From the NCBI GenBank assembly GCA_047947115.1, contig CP170459.1:1408001-1472000 (forward strand): a DNA stretch of 64,000 nt, in the 5' to 3' direction. A program made the position numbers and the translations under genes. The notes below the pieces were generated by a model. That model worked only from the letters and a program-made list of their open reading frames with translations. It was not told the DNA's origin and made no database searches. This document shows positions 8,867-19,299 of this stretch, piece by piece (positions within the stretch are counted from its first letter, which is position 1; every line of letters begins with the position of its first letter). Origin of the DNA: Verrucomicrobiota bacterium (lineage in GTDB: Bacteria; Verrucomicrobiota; Verrucomicrobiia; Limisphaerales; AAA164-E04).

Positions 8867-10297
8867 ATGCATCCAATAGCCAAAAAAGATCATCAACATA
8901 TATGGCATCCATTCACTCAGATGCAGGACTGGTGCAAAGAAGAGCCCATCGTAATCATGAGTGGGAAGGGCGCCGAGCTCGAAGATCAGCATGGTCGGCG
9001 TTATCTGGATGCCAATGCGTCCATTTGGACGAATCTGCATGGTCACGGTCATCCGCGGATCAATCGGGTGATTCGCCAGCAACTCGGAAAGATTGCGCAT
9101 TCTTCTGCTCTGGGGTTGGCCAATGAGCCGGCCTCCTTGCTGGCGGAACAACTCGTTCGCAACGCGAATCCGGCGAAGTTGTTCCGAAAGACATCGTCTT
9201 CATGGAAGCAGTCAAAGTTGAACAAAGTGTTCTACTCCGATGACGGGGCCACCGCGATGGAGGCTGCATTCAAACTTGCCTACGAACACGCGCGACGCAG
9301 CGGGCGCAGCAGGAAACCGAAGTTTCTTTCCATCGACCATGCGTATCATGGTGATACGATCGGAGCGGTGAGTGTGGGGCAGGTCGATTTGTTTCATCGT
9401 TCTTTTGCCGGTCTTTTGTTTCCAACCGACAAAGTGATGTCACCTTATTGCTATCGATGTCCCTTTAACCGGGCCAAGCCGGACCGGGCGGAAGCCAGGC
9501 TAGGCCGAAAATGCCAGTGGGAATGCATCGGTAAAATTGAGAAACGATTCGAGGCGATTGATAAGAAAAAGCAGGCCTATGCCGGTTTTGTGTTTGAGCC
9601 CGTCATTCAAGGCGTGGCGGGCATGATCGTGCAACCCAAGGGATGGCTGGAGCGAGCGGCGACCATTGCGCGGCAGGCCCGGACACCTTTGATTGCGGAT
9701 GAAGTCATGACCGGATTCGGACGGACGGGATCCCTGTTCGCCTCGCATCAGGAAAACGTGCAACCCGATTTTCTTTGCCTGGCCAAAGGGATGACCGGAG
9801 GTTATCTGCCCATGGCGGCCACGCTGACGACTCAGGTGGTTTATGATAGCTTTTTAGGCCCCTACGACTCTTATAAGAGTTTTTTTCATGGCCACAGTTA
9901 CACCGGAAATCAATTGGGTGCTGCGGCTTCGTTGGCCAGTCTTGAATTATTGAAAGCGCCCGGCGCCGCCGTATTGCGAAAGGGATTGGCGTGCGATTTC
10001 AAGGAAGCATTGGATGGTCTGTGGGAATCACCGTTTGTGGGGGACGTGCGTCATACGGGGTTGGTGGCGGGTGTCGAGCTGGTGCGCGACTGGAAGACCC
10101 GATTGCCTTGGGACTTGAAAAAACAGGTGGGAATCCGGGTCTGTCGCGAAATGGCGGATCGCGGTGTGTTGACCCGTCCGATTGGGAATCTTATTGTGCT
10201 GATGCCGCCGTATTGTTGTTCGACCCGGCAGGTTCGAAAAATGGTGGATGTCCTGAAGCAGTCCATCGATGCTGTTCTGGGCAAGCAACGGATTTGA
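8867..10297 (+). CDS. bioA: Adenosylmethionine-8-amino-7-oxononanoate aminotransferase
   Basis: IWHPFTQM, YHGDT, ADEVMTGFGRTG, AKGMTGGYLP, FFHGHSYTGN; directly follows bioF. Confidence 0.93.
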   Translation: MHPIAKKDHQHIWHPFTQMQDWCKEEPIVIMSGKGAELEDQHGRRYLDANASIWTNLHGHGHPRINRVIRQQLGKIAHSSALGLANEPASLLAEQLVRNANPAKLFRKTSSSWKQSKLNKVFYSDDGATAMEAAFKLAYEHARRSGRSRKPKFLSIDHAYHGDTIGAVSVGQVDLFHRSFAGLLFPTDKVMSPYCYRCPFNRAKPDRAEARLGRKCQWECIGKIEKRFEAIDKKKQAYAGFVFEPVIQGVAGMIVQPKGWLERAATIARQARTPLIADEVMTGFGRTGSLFASHQENVQPDFLCLAKGMTGGYLPMAATLTTQVVYDSFLGPYDSYKSFFHGHSYTGNQLGAAASLASLELLKAPGAAVLRKGLACDFKEALDGLWESPFVGDVRHTGLVAGVELVRDWKTRLPWDLKKQVGIRVCREMADRGVLTRPIGNLIVLMPPYCCSTRQVRKMVDVLKQSIDAVLGKQRI

Positions 10298-10302
10298 CAA
10301 AG

Positions 10303-10334
10303 AAAAAAGGCACAGGCGTTTGCCTGTGCCTTTT
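10303..10334. terminator. Bidirectional intrinsic terminator
   Basis: AAAAGGCACAGGC-GTTT-GCCTGTGCCTTTT between convergent bioA and the M1 peptidase gene. Confidence 0.8.
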
Positions 10335-10367
10335 GGAAGGTCTTATGGTTGCCCGGATTTCAAGAAT

Positions 10368-12776
10368 CTATTCCTTTTCGGATTCAGCGGATTCTTCGTC
10401 ATCTTCTGATGATTTGCCCAGCCCCGCTTTTTGCATGGGGTTTTTATCTTCCTTGTCCTCGGATAACTTGAAGTGAGATTTTCCGATTTCTGGAGGGTAA
10501 ACGTTGTTTGATGTGTCACTGTCGGCTGTTTGAAGATGTGGATCGAGTCGCAGTGCACGAACGGGCTCGCGGGTGATCAGCAATTTGGTGACCTTGTCAC
10601 TGTACTGGCGCCATATTTCGGCCGGGTAGGTGTGTGTTTCCTTGCTCCCGTTGAAATATTCGATTTCGAGAATGATAGGCATGACCAAGCCTCCGACATT
10701 TTCAAAATCAACCGTGTAGAAATGCCGTTCCAGTTTCAGAAGATCACGGTCTTCGGACGCAAGCTCGGCCAGTTTTTCTTCGCTCTCTTTCTTTTCATCT
10801 TCCAACACATCGAGGGGATCGTAGTCGTTGTAGAAGTCAATCAGTTCAGGAAAGCGATCCACGAGGCGTTTCAGGTTCCTGTTTCGGATTTCTGAAATGG
10901 TCGTGGGGTCTTCATCTCGTTCCTGTTTGCGCCGGTCGTTGTCCACGATGGGATCGAGCGTGTCCAAGCGGTATTCTGTGACCCCTGTGATGGCCAGATC
11001 AACATGATCGGTGGAATAAAACCAACCACGCCAGAACCAATCCAAATCAATGCCGGAAGCATCTTCAATGGTGCGGAAAAGATCCGCCGGCTGCGGGCGC
11101 TTGAACATCCAGCGCTGGGAATAGGTGCGGAAGGCAAAATCAAATAATTCACGTCCAAGAATGGTTTCGCGCAGGATGTTCAGCGCCGTGGCAGGTTTGC
11201 CGTAGGCGTTGTTGCCGAATTGCAGGATGGATTCGGAGTTACTCATGATCGGCACTTGCGAACTTGAAATCATGTAAGAAACCATGTCTTTGGGTTCTCC
11301 GCGGTTGGATGGATAGTCCTCTTCCCACTCCTGTTCCGCGAGGTACTGAAGGAAGGTGTTCAATCCTTCATCCATCCAGGTCCATTGCCGTTCGTCGTTG
11401 TTGACGATCATGGGGAAGTAATTGTGTCCCACTTCATGAATGACCACGGAAATCAATCCGTATTTGGAATGCATCCACTGTTCACGGCTTTTAGGGACGC
11501 CCCAGTAGGTGCCGTCGGGCAATGGTCTTGGCGCGTTGAAACAAATCATGGGGTATTCCATGCCTCCGACAGGGCCATTGACGGAAATCGCAACCGGGTA
11601 AGGGTAATCGAAGGAGAACTTTGAATAGACATCCATGGTGTGGGCCACTGCATGGGTGGAGTATTTGCTCCACAATGGTTCGGCTTCGTTGGGGTAAAAA
11701 GACATCGCCAGGACATTGTTTTTTCCGGACTGGTGTGCCATGGCGTCCCAGATGAATTTACGTGAACTGGCAAATGCGAAATCGCGTACGTTGATTGCTT
11801 TGAAAACCCAGGTTTTTTTCCCGGTGGGTGACGTCGATTCATTGGCTTTTGCTTCTTCCGGTGTGATGACGAACAGCGGTTTTTCAGATGTGCGAGCCTT
11901 TTGCAAACGTGTTTGTTGCTCGGTGGTGAGGACTTCATCCGCATTTTGGAGTTCGCCTGTCGCTGCGACCACATGATCGTCAGGGACGGTGATGGCCACC
12001 TGATAATCACCGAACTCCAGAGTAAATTCTCCGCTGCCCAGAAACTGCTTGTGGTGCCAGCCGCGATCATCGGTGTAAGAGGCCATGCGCGGGAACCATT
12101 GGGCCATTTCATAGATGAAATTTCCGTCTTCCGGAAAGAACTCATAACCGCTTCGTGCACGAATCAGCTTTGCGTCGACGATGTTGTAGGACCAGTCGAT
12201 GGAGAATCGGAATGATTTTCCCGGGTTCAGGGCAAATGGGAGATCCACCCGCATCATGGTCTTGACGATCTGGTGTTCCAAATCGGCTCCGGCGGAATCG
12301 CGCACCGCGTGAATCCTTGCTTTACCATCGAATTGTTCCCTTTCCAGAATGGAACGAAGGGAACGGAATTTGAGGTTGGACATATCGGGTGCCAGTTCGG
12401 TGATGTGGCCTTCGGAATCTTTGGCGAACAGGTTTGGATCGATCTGGATCCACAAATATTCCAGGGCATCCGGACTGTTGTTGGTGTAGTGAATGGTTTC
12501 AGATCCGATGATGCGCTGTTGTTCATCGTTCAATTCCACATCGATTTCGTAATCGGCCCTTTGTTGCCAATAAGCATCTCCCGGGGCTCCGGAAGCGGTG
12601 CGGTAGTGGTTGGGGGTGGGAAGGATTTCTTCCAGTTGCCGAAATTTAGGCTCGGCGAACTCCGCGGCAATGGTCTGATGGCAGAGGGGTAATTGAAACG
12701 CACACAACCATGCGACGCCTGTCAGCATGGCAACTGTTGCAAGAGATCTGAACGGATTCACTGGTGGCTTAAACAT
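10368..12776 (-). CDS. M1-family zinc aminopeptidase, secreted
   Basis: Signal peptide, YWQQRADY, GGMEYP, HEVGH...WMDEG, acidic tail. Confidence 0.9.
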   Translation of the reverse strand: MFKPPVNPFRSLATVAMLTGVAWLCAFQLPLCHQTIAAEFAEPKFRQLEEILPTPNHYRTASGAPGDAYWQQRADYEIDVELNDEQQRIIGSETIHYTNNSPDALEYLWIQIDPNLFAKDSEGHITELAPDMSNLKFRSLRSILEREQFDGKARIHAVRDSAGADLEHQIVKTMMRVDLPFALNPGKSFRFSIDWSYNIVDAKLIRARSGYEFFPEDGNFIYEMAQWFPRMASYTDDRGWHHKQFLGSGEFTLEFGDYQVAITVPDDHVVAATGELQNADEVLTTEQQTRLQKARTSEKPLFVITPEEAKANESTSPTGKKTWVFKAINVRDFAFASSRKFIWDAMAHQSGKNNVLAMSFYPNEAEPLWSKYSTHAVAHTMDVYSKFSFDYPYPVAISVNGPVGGMEYPMICFNAPRPLPDGTYWGVPKSREQWMHSKYGLISVVIHEVGHNYFPMIVNNDERQWTWMDEGLNTFLQYLAEQEWEEDYPSNRGEPKDMVSYMISSSQVPIMSNSESILQFGNNAYGKPATALNILRETILGRELFDFAFRTYSQRWMFKRPQPADLFRTIEDASGIDLDWFWRGWFYSTDHVDLAITGVTEYRLDTLDPIVDNDRRKQERDEDPTTISEIRNRNLKRLVDRFPELIDFYNDYDPLDVLEDEKKESEEKLAELASEDRDLLKLERHFYTVDFENVGGLVMPIILEIEYFNGSKETHTYPAEIWRQYSDKVTKLLITREPVRALRLDPHLQTADSDTSNNVYPPEIGKSHFKLSEDKEDKNPMQKAGLGKSSEDDEESAESEKE

Positions 12777-12928
12777 GCGCGGAGGTTAGCATGCTTTTTG
12801 GATGAGGCAATCCTCTTCACAAGCTTTGGTTTGCCTGACACGAGAAAGCATTTTGTCCGATGTGCCGACATCCGGTCTAACCGGCTGAATTTCCGGTTCA
12901 TATTGACAACGCACATTGGGTACTTCCA

Positions 12929-13180
12929 ATTTACAGAGAATGCCGGCGCCGGTTCGATATCGTCTGCCCCGATTTGCACTACTTCCTGCACGGCTTCAAC
13001 CAATAATCCAACGAATTTTTCTTCACCGTTGGATTTCCGGATTTGAACCATGATGATGCAGGTGTGTTCATCCTGTTCGATGGGTGCCATCCCAAAGCGC
13101 AGACTCAGGTCAATCACGGGTATGATCTTTCCTCGAAAGTGGATGATACCTTTGATGAAATGCGGAGCTTTAGGAATTGG
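12929..13180 (-). pseudogene. cheW: CheW fragment (N- and C-terminally truncated)
   Basis: PIPKAPHFIKGIIHFRGKIIPVIDLSLRFG...VGLLVEAVQEV..IEPAP; no native start, joined out of frame to cheB. Confidence 0.85.
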
Positions 13181-13383
13181 ATGCCATCCATACTCGGCAT
13201 TTCAATATCGAGCGTGATCACATCCGGATCGTGATGAATGATAAGATCCTTTGCCTCGTACGGATCTTTTGCTTCCCCGACAATTTCAAATGCGGGTTCA
13301 CTGGTCAAAATCCGTACAATGGCTTTTCGGACCATGGCTGAATCGTCTACGACCCATACGCGAGTCTTTTTAGAGGGGTTCAT
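13168..13383 (-). pseudogene. cheB: CheB receiver-domain fragment (methylesterase domain missing)
   Basis: RVWVVDDSAMVRK...DPDVITLDIEMPSMDGIQFLK, then homology ends. Confidence 0.85.
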
Positions 13384-13420
13384 CAGTAAGTATGTTTTTG
13401 AATTTTGAATTGATTTCACT

Positions 13421-14233
13421 TTAAGTATCGATGATGGCTTCCTCGATGTTCGTTTCGGATAAGGCCATGACTGAAAGGCTTTCGGGCGACAGTTCGTCAG
13501 AAAGTGACTGAAAACCAAATGAAAGTCCGATGGAATGGGCGCACCAGTTTGCGATATGGATGAGGTGAGACAAAGGATTTCCCAGGGTGGGGTCGTGATG
13601 CTCGCCGATGGCGGCCGCAAAAAAAGGCGGGAATTTCCAGTTGGTCAGGATGAGTGCTCCAACCTCGCTGTGGTCTGTTCCTATCAGGGAGCGTTCTCTT
13701 TCGATGTTCGATTGGGTGGCTTCGGGGGCATCATCTTTGAGTGCTGCCTCTTGTTCCGCCAGGACCTCGTTGATGGCAATCTTTCCAATATCATGCAGAA
13801 GACCCGCCGTAAAAGCCGTGTCCGGGGTAAAGGGTAGAATGGAACAGTATTTGGTCAATTCTCTGGCAGCTGCCGCGGCGCAAATGGAGTGCTTGCGCAG
13901 ACCCGATGGAGGAATCCCATACTTTGCCAATCCCCTGTTCATGCTCGCTCCAATGGTTATCTCCAACACAATGTTCATGATAGTGCTGGTTCCGAGCAGT
14001 TGGATCGCCTGGTTGAGCGAAGAGACTCCACCGCGCTGCGCAAAAAAAGCTGTGTTGCATCTTTTTAAGACCGCCGCGGTCAAGGCCGGATCTGTCTGCA
14101 GGATGTGGATGACATCTTCTGTGTGAAATTCCTGGGCAAGGATCTCGATCAGCTTGGTGACCGCAACCGGCGGAGGTTGTATTTGGTCGATGCTTTCGAT
14201 GATGCGTGGATCCATATTGGCTAGATTGCTCAT
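13421..14233 (-). CDS. HDOD-domain protein, possibly with a premature stop near the C-terminus
   Basis: DPALTAAVLKRCN, AFTAGLLHDIGK, DHSEVGALILTNWKFP, EHH. The frame stays open ~16 codons past the TAA and overlaps the cheB start. Confidence 0.8.
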   Translation of the reverse strand: MSNLANMDPRIIESIDQIQPPPVAVTKLIEILAQEFHTEDVIHILQTDPALTAAVLKRCNTAFFAQRGGVSSLNQAIQLLGTSTIMNIVLEITIGASMNRGLAKYGIPPSGLRKHSICAAAAARELTKYCSILPFTPDTAFTAGLLHDIGKIAINEVLAEQEAALKDDAPEATQSNIERERSLIGTDHSEVGALILTNWKFPPFFAAAIGEHHDPTLGNPLSHLIHIANWCAHSIGLSFGFQSLSDELSPESLSVMALSETNIEEAIIDT

Positions 14234-14235
14234 GG

Positions 14236-14457
14236 TCAAGGGGGGCTTTTCTTGCTTTTGGATGGCTGGATGGATGATTCCGGGAGCAGTATGTGAAGCA
14301 ATCCTCCAACCTGACGGTCCCGGTCCCAGGCTGCCACACCGATACATGACCCGAGAGAGTATGTTTTCAGGTACGCAACGGGGTCACCACTGACTTGCAT
14401 GTCAGAAATCCCTACAACCAATACCGAGTTGGTAGACCCTATTCTGATGACTTCCAT
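14236..14457 (-). pseudogene. cheD: CheD N-terminal fragment
   Basis: VGISDMQVS..LKTYSLGSCIGV..GGLLHILLP; ~73 aa, about half of a normal CheD. Confidence 0.85.
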
Positions 14458-14464
14458 GATCAAT

Positions 14465-14683
14465 TTAATATGTCACAACTTGCTTTTGATAGATGCTGGA
14501 CCCATGCGGGATCATCCCGTGTTGAATGCTACTGAGGCTTTCAGAACATCCTGCAATGAGATACCCGTCTGGAGTCAATTTCCTTTCCAGTTTGGCTACC
14601 AGTTCCTGTTGGGTATCTTTGTCAAAATAAATCATCACATTCCGACAAAAAATCACATCGAAAGATGAGTTGCTGATTTTCAA
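14465..14683 (-). pseudogene. cheR: CheR C-terminal fragment
   Basis: FDVIFCRNVMIYFD...LTPDGYLIAGCSESL; the N-terminal ~200 aa are absent. Confidence 0.88.
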
Positions 14684-14707
14684 AATCGTCCCAATTCTTT
14701 CATTATC

Positions 14708-14768
14708 ATATCGGCATTCGAATTCCGGTGCTTAAATGGATTCTAGTTTCGCTTCCGATTGCCGATGA
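14708..14768. promoter_or_regulatory. Back-to-back sigma-28 (FliA)-like promoters
   Basis: Minus strand: TAAG(14734-14731)-N15-GCCGATAT(14715-14708). Plus strand: TCTAGTTT(14742-14749)-N11-GCCGATGA(14761-14768). Consensus is TAAAGTTT-N11-GCCGATAA. Confidence 0.6.
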
Positions 14769-14774
14769 ATAGAA

Positions 14775-15563
14775 ATGTCATGGGCTGCATGTGTCGGTCT
14801 GTTGATTCGGGTTGAAACTTTCAAGAACTGTCATGGAACCGGAAATCATATTGTCCTTGGACTTGAGCGCATCCTGAAGAAAGCCATAGAGAAGGGCGTA
14901 GTATCACCCAATGCCCAGTTATCTGACAGCGAGGTGTACAATCTCATTTTTGAGCCCGGATTTTCAACGGCTGCCCAAGTTACGGACATCTCCGGTCGAG
15001 GAGTGGGGATGGATGTGGTCCGTCGCAATATTCATGAGATGCGGGGCAAGATACGCATCAGTTCTGTTGAGGGACATGGATCGACCTTTACCATATTCCT
15101 GCCTTTGACACTTGCCATCATTGAAGGGTTGATCATTAAGGTGGGCTCACAAAGATTCGTGGTACCTGTCAGCAGCGTGCGTGAATCTTTCCGGATCACG
15201 TCCGATATGCTGACCTCCACTCTCGGAAAGGGTGAGGTCCTGAATGTGCGCAATCAACTCATTCCTCTCCTGCGGCTGAGTCATTACCTGACCATCGATG
15301 ACGCAACTGAAGACGTCAACAATGGCATTGTCATCCATCTTGAATCCGAGCATCAAAGCCGGTGCCTTTTGGTGGATGCTTTGGTTGGTAAACAAGAGGT
15401 CGTGATCAAGAATCTGGGCGACGTTTATGACAATGATCCAGCGATTGCCGGTGGAACGATTCTGGGAGACGGACAGGTTGTCCTCATCCTGGATCCATCC
15501 GCATTGGTCAAGCTGTCAAGCAAGCCCATGGAACCATCCGGCATGGCGGATTCCCTGTTTTAA
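14775..15563 (+). pseudogene. cheA: CheA C-terminal fragment (partial ATPase plus P5/CheW-like domain)
   Basis: LIFEPGFSTAAQVTDISGRGVGMDVV...LPLTLAI...GKQEVVIK...ILGDG. No HPt, dimerisation, N-box or DDGxG motif. Confidence 0.88.
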
Positions 15564-15641
15564 CTTTCAACCGATTCCCAACAGAATCCGGAGCGTCTCG
15601 ATCTTTGTGTTAAGATTGAGGCGTTCTCTTTTTGAGAAAAG

Positions 15642-17150
15642 TCAAGGTTGAGCAGATTGTTCTACAGCCCAGGCAGGCAGGGAGTTCATCTGAATGTCGA
15701 ATACATACGGGCCAATGATCCATAGCACAGCCACGACAATCGGCACCAAAAGTAGATTCAACAACAATCCCGCCTTTGCCATTTGGGGTAAAGTGATCAG
15801 CCCGCTTCCGAAAACGATTGCGTTGGGCGGGGTGCCGACAGGCATCATATAGGAGCAATTGGCTGCCAGAGCGGTTGGAACCAGAAACAACAACGGGTTT
15901 TGTTCCAGACTGATCGCCACGGCGGCAATAATGGGGATGAAGGTTGCTGCAGTGCCCGTGTTGCTGGTCAATTCGGTGAGCATCAGGATCCCAAAACAAA
16001 TCAACGCCACAATCAGAATGACCGGTAATCCGCCAAGACCTGTGGTCAGGTTTCCAAGATACTCCGAAAGCTGATGTTCACTGATCATGCCTGCCAGGCT
16101 GAGTCCGCCGCCGAACAGCAGGAGCACCCCCCATGGCAAATCTTTGGTGGCTTCCCAATTCAGGGCAAAAACCCCTTTGCGAGGTTCGATCGGGATGCAG
16201 AACAATGCCAGCGCTCCGCCAATGGCAATCGTGGTGTCAGAAATCATGGGAATACTGGTGGCGATCCAGGGCCGGAAAATCCAGCACAACGCCGTGGAGA
16301 CAAACACTCCTGCCACAACTTTTTCCCCGGTGCCAAAGGGGCCCAGTTGCTGTTTTTCATGTTCAAGCAACGCTTTCATCCCCGGGATTTCCTGATTGGA
16401 CAAGCGAAATGAGATCCGAGTCAGCACGAAATAAACCACGGGCAAGGCCAGGAACGTAACCGGTAGTCCGATCAACATCCATTGACCGAAACCGATGTCC
16501 ACGTCGTAGATTTTTCCCATATAGCCGGCAAGCAAAGCATTTGGTGGCGTGCCAATCAAGGTGGCCATGCCCCCGGTGGTTGCCCCGTAAGCCACTGCCA
16601 GCATGAGGGCGGGACCGAGGTTTTGGTGCGAACTACGCTCGCCGGTGGCCACCAATGCCACCACGGAAGCGGCAATGGGCAACATCATCATGGCGGTGGC
16701 GGTGTTGCTCACCCACATGCTCGTCAGTGCGCCCGTCAGCAAAAAGCCGGCAATGACGCGAGTCGGGCGCGTGCCCAGTGCCCGGATTAAATTGATTGCC
16801 AGCCGTTTGTGCAAATTCCAGCGCTGCATGGCCAGGGCGATCAGAAAACCTCCTAGAAATAGAAATACCAATGGATTGGCATATGGAGCTGCCACTTCTT
16901 TGATGCTACCCAGTCCCAGAAGAGGAAACAGAACCAGAGGCAGCAGGGCGGTGGCGGCGATGGGGATGGGTTCGGTGATCCACCATGTTGCCATCAACAG
17001 AGCTGCTCCCAGAGTTTTCCACCCACCCTCACTCAAACCCTCCGGTGCCTCAAAAAGGAAAGTCAACGCCAATGCCAAAGGACCGAGCAGCCAACCACTC
17101 CTTTGGCGCCATCCGTATTCAGAAGGATTGTGGTGATTGTTTGATTGCAT
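15642..17150 (-). CDS. DASS/SLC13 sodium-coupled anion (dicarboxylate/sulfate) symporter
   Basis: SMWVSNTAT, IGTPPNA, ELTSNT, MPVGTPPNAI; many TM helices. Confidence 0.9.
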   Translation of the reverse strand: MQSNNHHNPSEYGWRQRSGWLLGPLALALTFLFEAPEGLSEGGWKTLGAALLMATWWITEPIPIAATALLPLVLFPLLGLGSIKEVAAPYANPLVFLFLGGFLIALAMQRWNLHKRLAINLIRALGTRPTRVIAGFLLTGALTSMWVSNTATAMMMLPIAASVVALVATGERSSHQNLGPALMLAVAYGATTGGMATLIGTPPNALLAGYMGKIYDVDIGFGQWMLIGLPVTFLALPVVYFVLTRISFRLSNQEIPGMKALLEHEKQQLGPFGTGEKVVAGVFVSTALCWIFRPWIATSIPMISDTTIAIGGALALFCIPIEPRKGVFALNWEATKDLPWGVLLLFGGGLSLAGMISEHQLSEYLGNLTTGLGGLPVILIVALICFGILMLTELTSNTGTAATFIPIIAAVAISLEQNPLLFLVPTALAANCSYMMPVGTPPNAIVFGSGLITLPQMAKAGLLLNLLLVPIVVAVLWIIGPYVFDIQMNSLPAWAVEQSAQP

Positions 17151-17333
17151 GTCAGAAGTGCGCCATTGGTTTTGACTGTATCCGAGGACAGACTATCACC
17201 CGGGCATCGGCAGGAAAGCAGTTTTTAGGTCGGACATGGATCATGGTAAATGACCGATACTTTTCCGAACTACCTTAATCATCTTGACCTGCGAGCACCT
17301 TACACACTATGTTCCACCGATTCAGGCACATTC

Positions 17334-18362
17334 ATGTTGTCTCAGTTTAAAAGCTTATTCTCCAATGACATTGGAATTGATCTAGGGACGGCGAACTCGT
17401 TGGTTTACGTTCGTGATCAAGGTATTGTACTGAGGGAGCCATCCGTCGTCGCGATACAGGCGGGGACGACCAATGTGCTGGCCGTAGGGTTGGAAGCCAA
17501 GGAGATGCTGGGGCGCACGCCCAGTAACATTGTGGCCATTCGCCCGATGAAGGACGGGGTTATTGCAGATTTCGAGATCACGGAATCCATGCTGCGGTCC
17601 TTTATTCAAAAAGTTCATTACCGCAAACTCATCGCCCCTCGCGTGGTGGTGGCGGTTCCTTCCGGTATCACGGAAGTGGAAAAGCGGGCTGTCAAGGATT
17701 CGGCCACCCATGCAGGCGCCCGCGAAGTCTACCTGATCGAACAACCCATGGCATCGGCCATCGGGGTTGGATTGCCAGTGCACGAACCCGCCGGCAACAT
17801 GATCGTCGACATCGGCGGCGGGACCTGTGAAATAGCCATCATATCGTTGGCTGGGATTGTCTTCGCCCGGAGCCTGAGGGTTGGGGGAGACGAATTCGAC
17901 GAAACAATCGTGGCGCACATGAAGCGCGCCTATAACCTGATGATTGGCGAGCGCACGGCGGAGGAGATCAAAATCCGCGTGGGTTCGGCTTTTCCTTTGG
18001 AGCAGGAGCTGACTATGCAAGTCAAAGGAAGGGACCTAAGCTCCGGTCTCCCCAAAACATTATCGATTTGTTCAGAAGAGATTCGCGATGCTCTGAAAGA
18101 ACCATTGAATAGTATTTTGGAATCGATTCGTATCACCTTGGAACGTTGTCCGCCCGAATTGTCCGCCGATCTGGTGGATCGCGGAATCGTGATTGCTGGT
18201 GGTGGTGCCTTGTTAAGAGGTATCGACCGCCTGGTTGCCGAAGAAACCGGTTTGCCCGTTCATATTGCCGATGATCCGTTAACGGCTGTGGCAGAAGGTA
18301 CCGGACGTGTCCTGCACGAGTTGCAGTTCCTGAAACGAGTCGCTTCCTCAAGCCGAACCTAA
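17334..18362 (+). CDS. mreB: Rod shape-determining protein MreB
   Basis: [27 protein letters not shown]. Confidence 0.97.
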   Translation: MLSQFKSLFSNDIGIDLGTANSLVYVRDQGIVLREPSVVAIQAGTTNVLAVGLEAKEMLGRTPSNIVAIRPMKDGVIADFEITESMLRSFIQKVHYRKLIAPRVVVAVPSGITEVEKRAVKDSATHAGAREVYLIEQPMASAIGVGLPVHEPAGNMIVDIGGGTCEIAIISLAGIVFARSLRVGGDEFDETIVAHMKRAYNLMIGERTAEEIKIRVGSAFPLEQELTMQVKGRDLSSGLPKTLSICSEEIRDALKEPLNSILESIRITLERCPPELSADLVDRGIVIAGGGALLRGIDRLVAEETGLPVHIADDPLTAVAEGTGRVLHELQFLKRVASSSRT

Positions 18363-18395
18363 AAAAGTGCGTTCGCTCCGAAACAACGGAGTAGA

Positions 18396-19262
18396 ATGCT
18401 GAAGCAGCCACATATCGTAACGTTATGCTCGGTGTTGACGGCAGGGATTGTCCTGCTGAGTCTTCCCTTGCGTGTGAACACCCAGATTAAATGGGTGGCC
18501 GCAGGCTTGTTTCTCCCCTTTATCGGGCTCGCGGCTGCGGCCGATCAAAAGCTCGAATCCATCCAATCCATCGTGGTTTCCAAGCAGGAATTGCTGCGTG
18601 AAAACCAACGCCTCCGCAAAGAACTTGAAAACTACAAGATCGCACTCCTTCAGAGAAAAACGGTCGTGTCCGAGAACGACTTGTTGAGGGAGGAGATTCT
18701 CTGGAAAAAACGGCAGCCCTGGAATTTGTTGCCTGCGCGTGTTCAGGTTAAAGAGCCGAGCAATTGGTGGAGCAGTCTTTATATCAACGTTGGAACCGAG
18801 GATGGAGTGGTCGAGAACACCCCGGTTCTGTCCCCTCAAGGTCTGGTCGGCAAGGTGGACCAGGTGGAGCGTCATCGGTCGAAGGTTCGTCTGGTGGGGG
18901 ACCCTCACTGCAGGGTCTCGGCGATGTTGGCTCAAACCGCCACACGGCCTGAAGCTGAACAAGCTCACGGCACGGTCATGACGGGTCAGGACACCCAACT
19001 GAACCCCCGCATGGTCTCCTTCCAACACCTCCCGCTGAATACCCGGATCGAGCCGGGTGCCGAAGTGATCACCAGTGGCATGGGCGGCGGGTTTCCCCGT
19101 GGAATTCCTCTCGGGCATGTTGTTGATAGCCGTTCCTCGGGTGTTGGATTGTTCGCCGAAGCCAGGGTGCGTTTGACGGTGGATCTCAACCGTTTGGAGA
19201 TGGTCTGGTTGATATTGCCCGCCGAGCGCAATGGAAGAGCCCCGGGAGAGGATCCCCGTTGA
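18396..19262 (+). CDS. mreC: Rod shape-determining protein MreC
   Basis: TM helix, coiled coil (ENQRLRKEL), GLVGKV, VITSGMGGGFPRGIPLG; synteny. Confidence 0.92.
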   Translation: MLKQPHIVTLCSVLTAGIVLLSLPLRVNTQIKWVAAGLFLPFIGLAAAADQKLESIQSIVVSKQELLRENQRLRKELENYKIALLQRKTVVSENDLLREEILWKKRQPWNLLPARVQVKEPSNWWSSLYINVGTEDGVVENTPVLSPQGLVGKVDQVERHRSKVRLVGDPHCRVSAMLAQTATRPEAEQAHGTVMTGQDTQLNPRMVSFQHLPLNTRIEPGAEVITSGMGGGFPRGIPLGHVVDSRSSGVGLFAEARVRLTVDLNRLEMVWLILPAERNGRAPGEDPR

Positions 19263-19299
19263 TCGGGGCATAGCCAACCAATCAAAGGAATCATCAACC

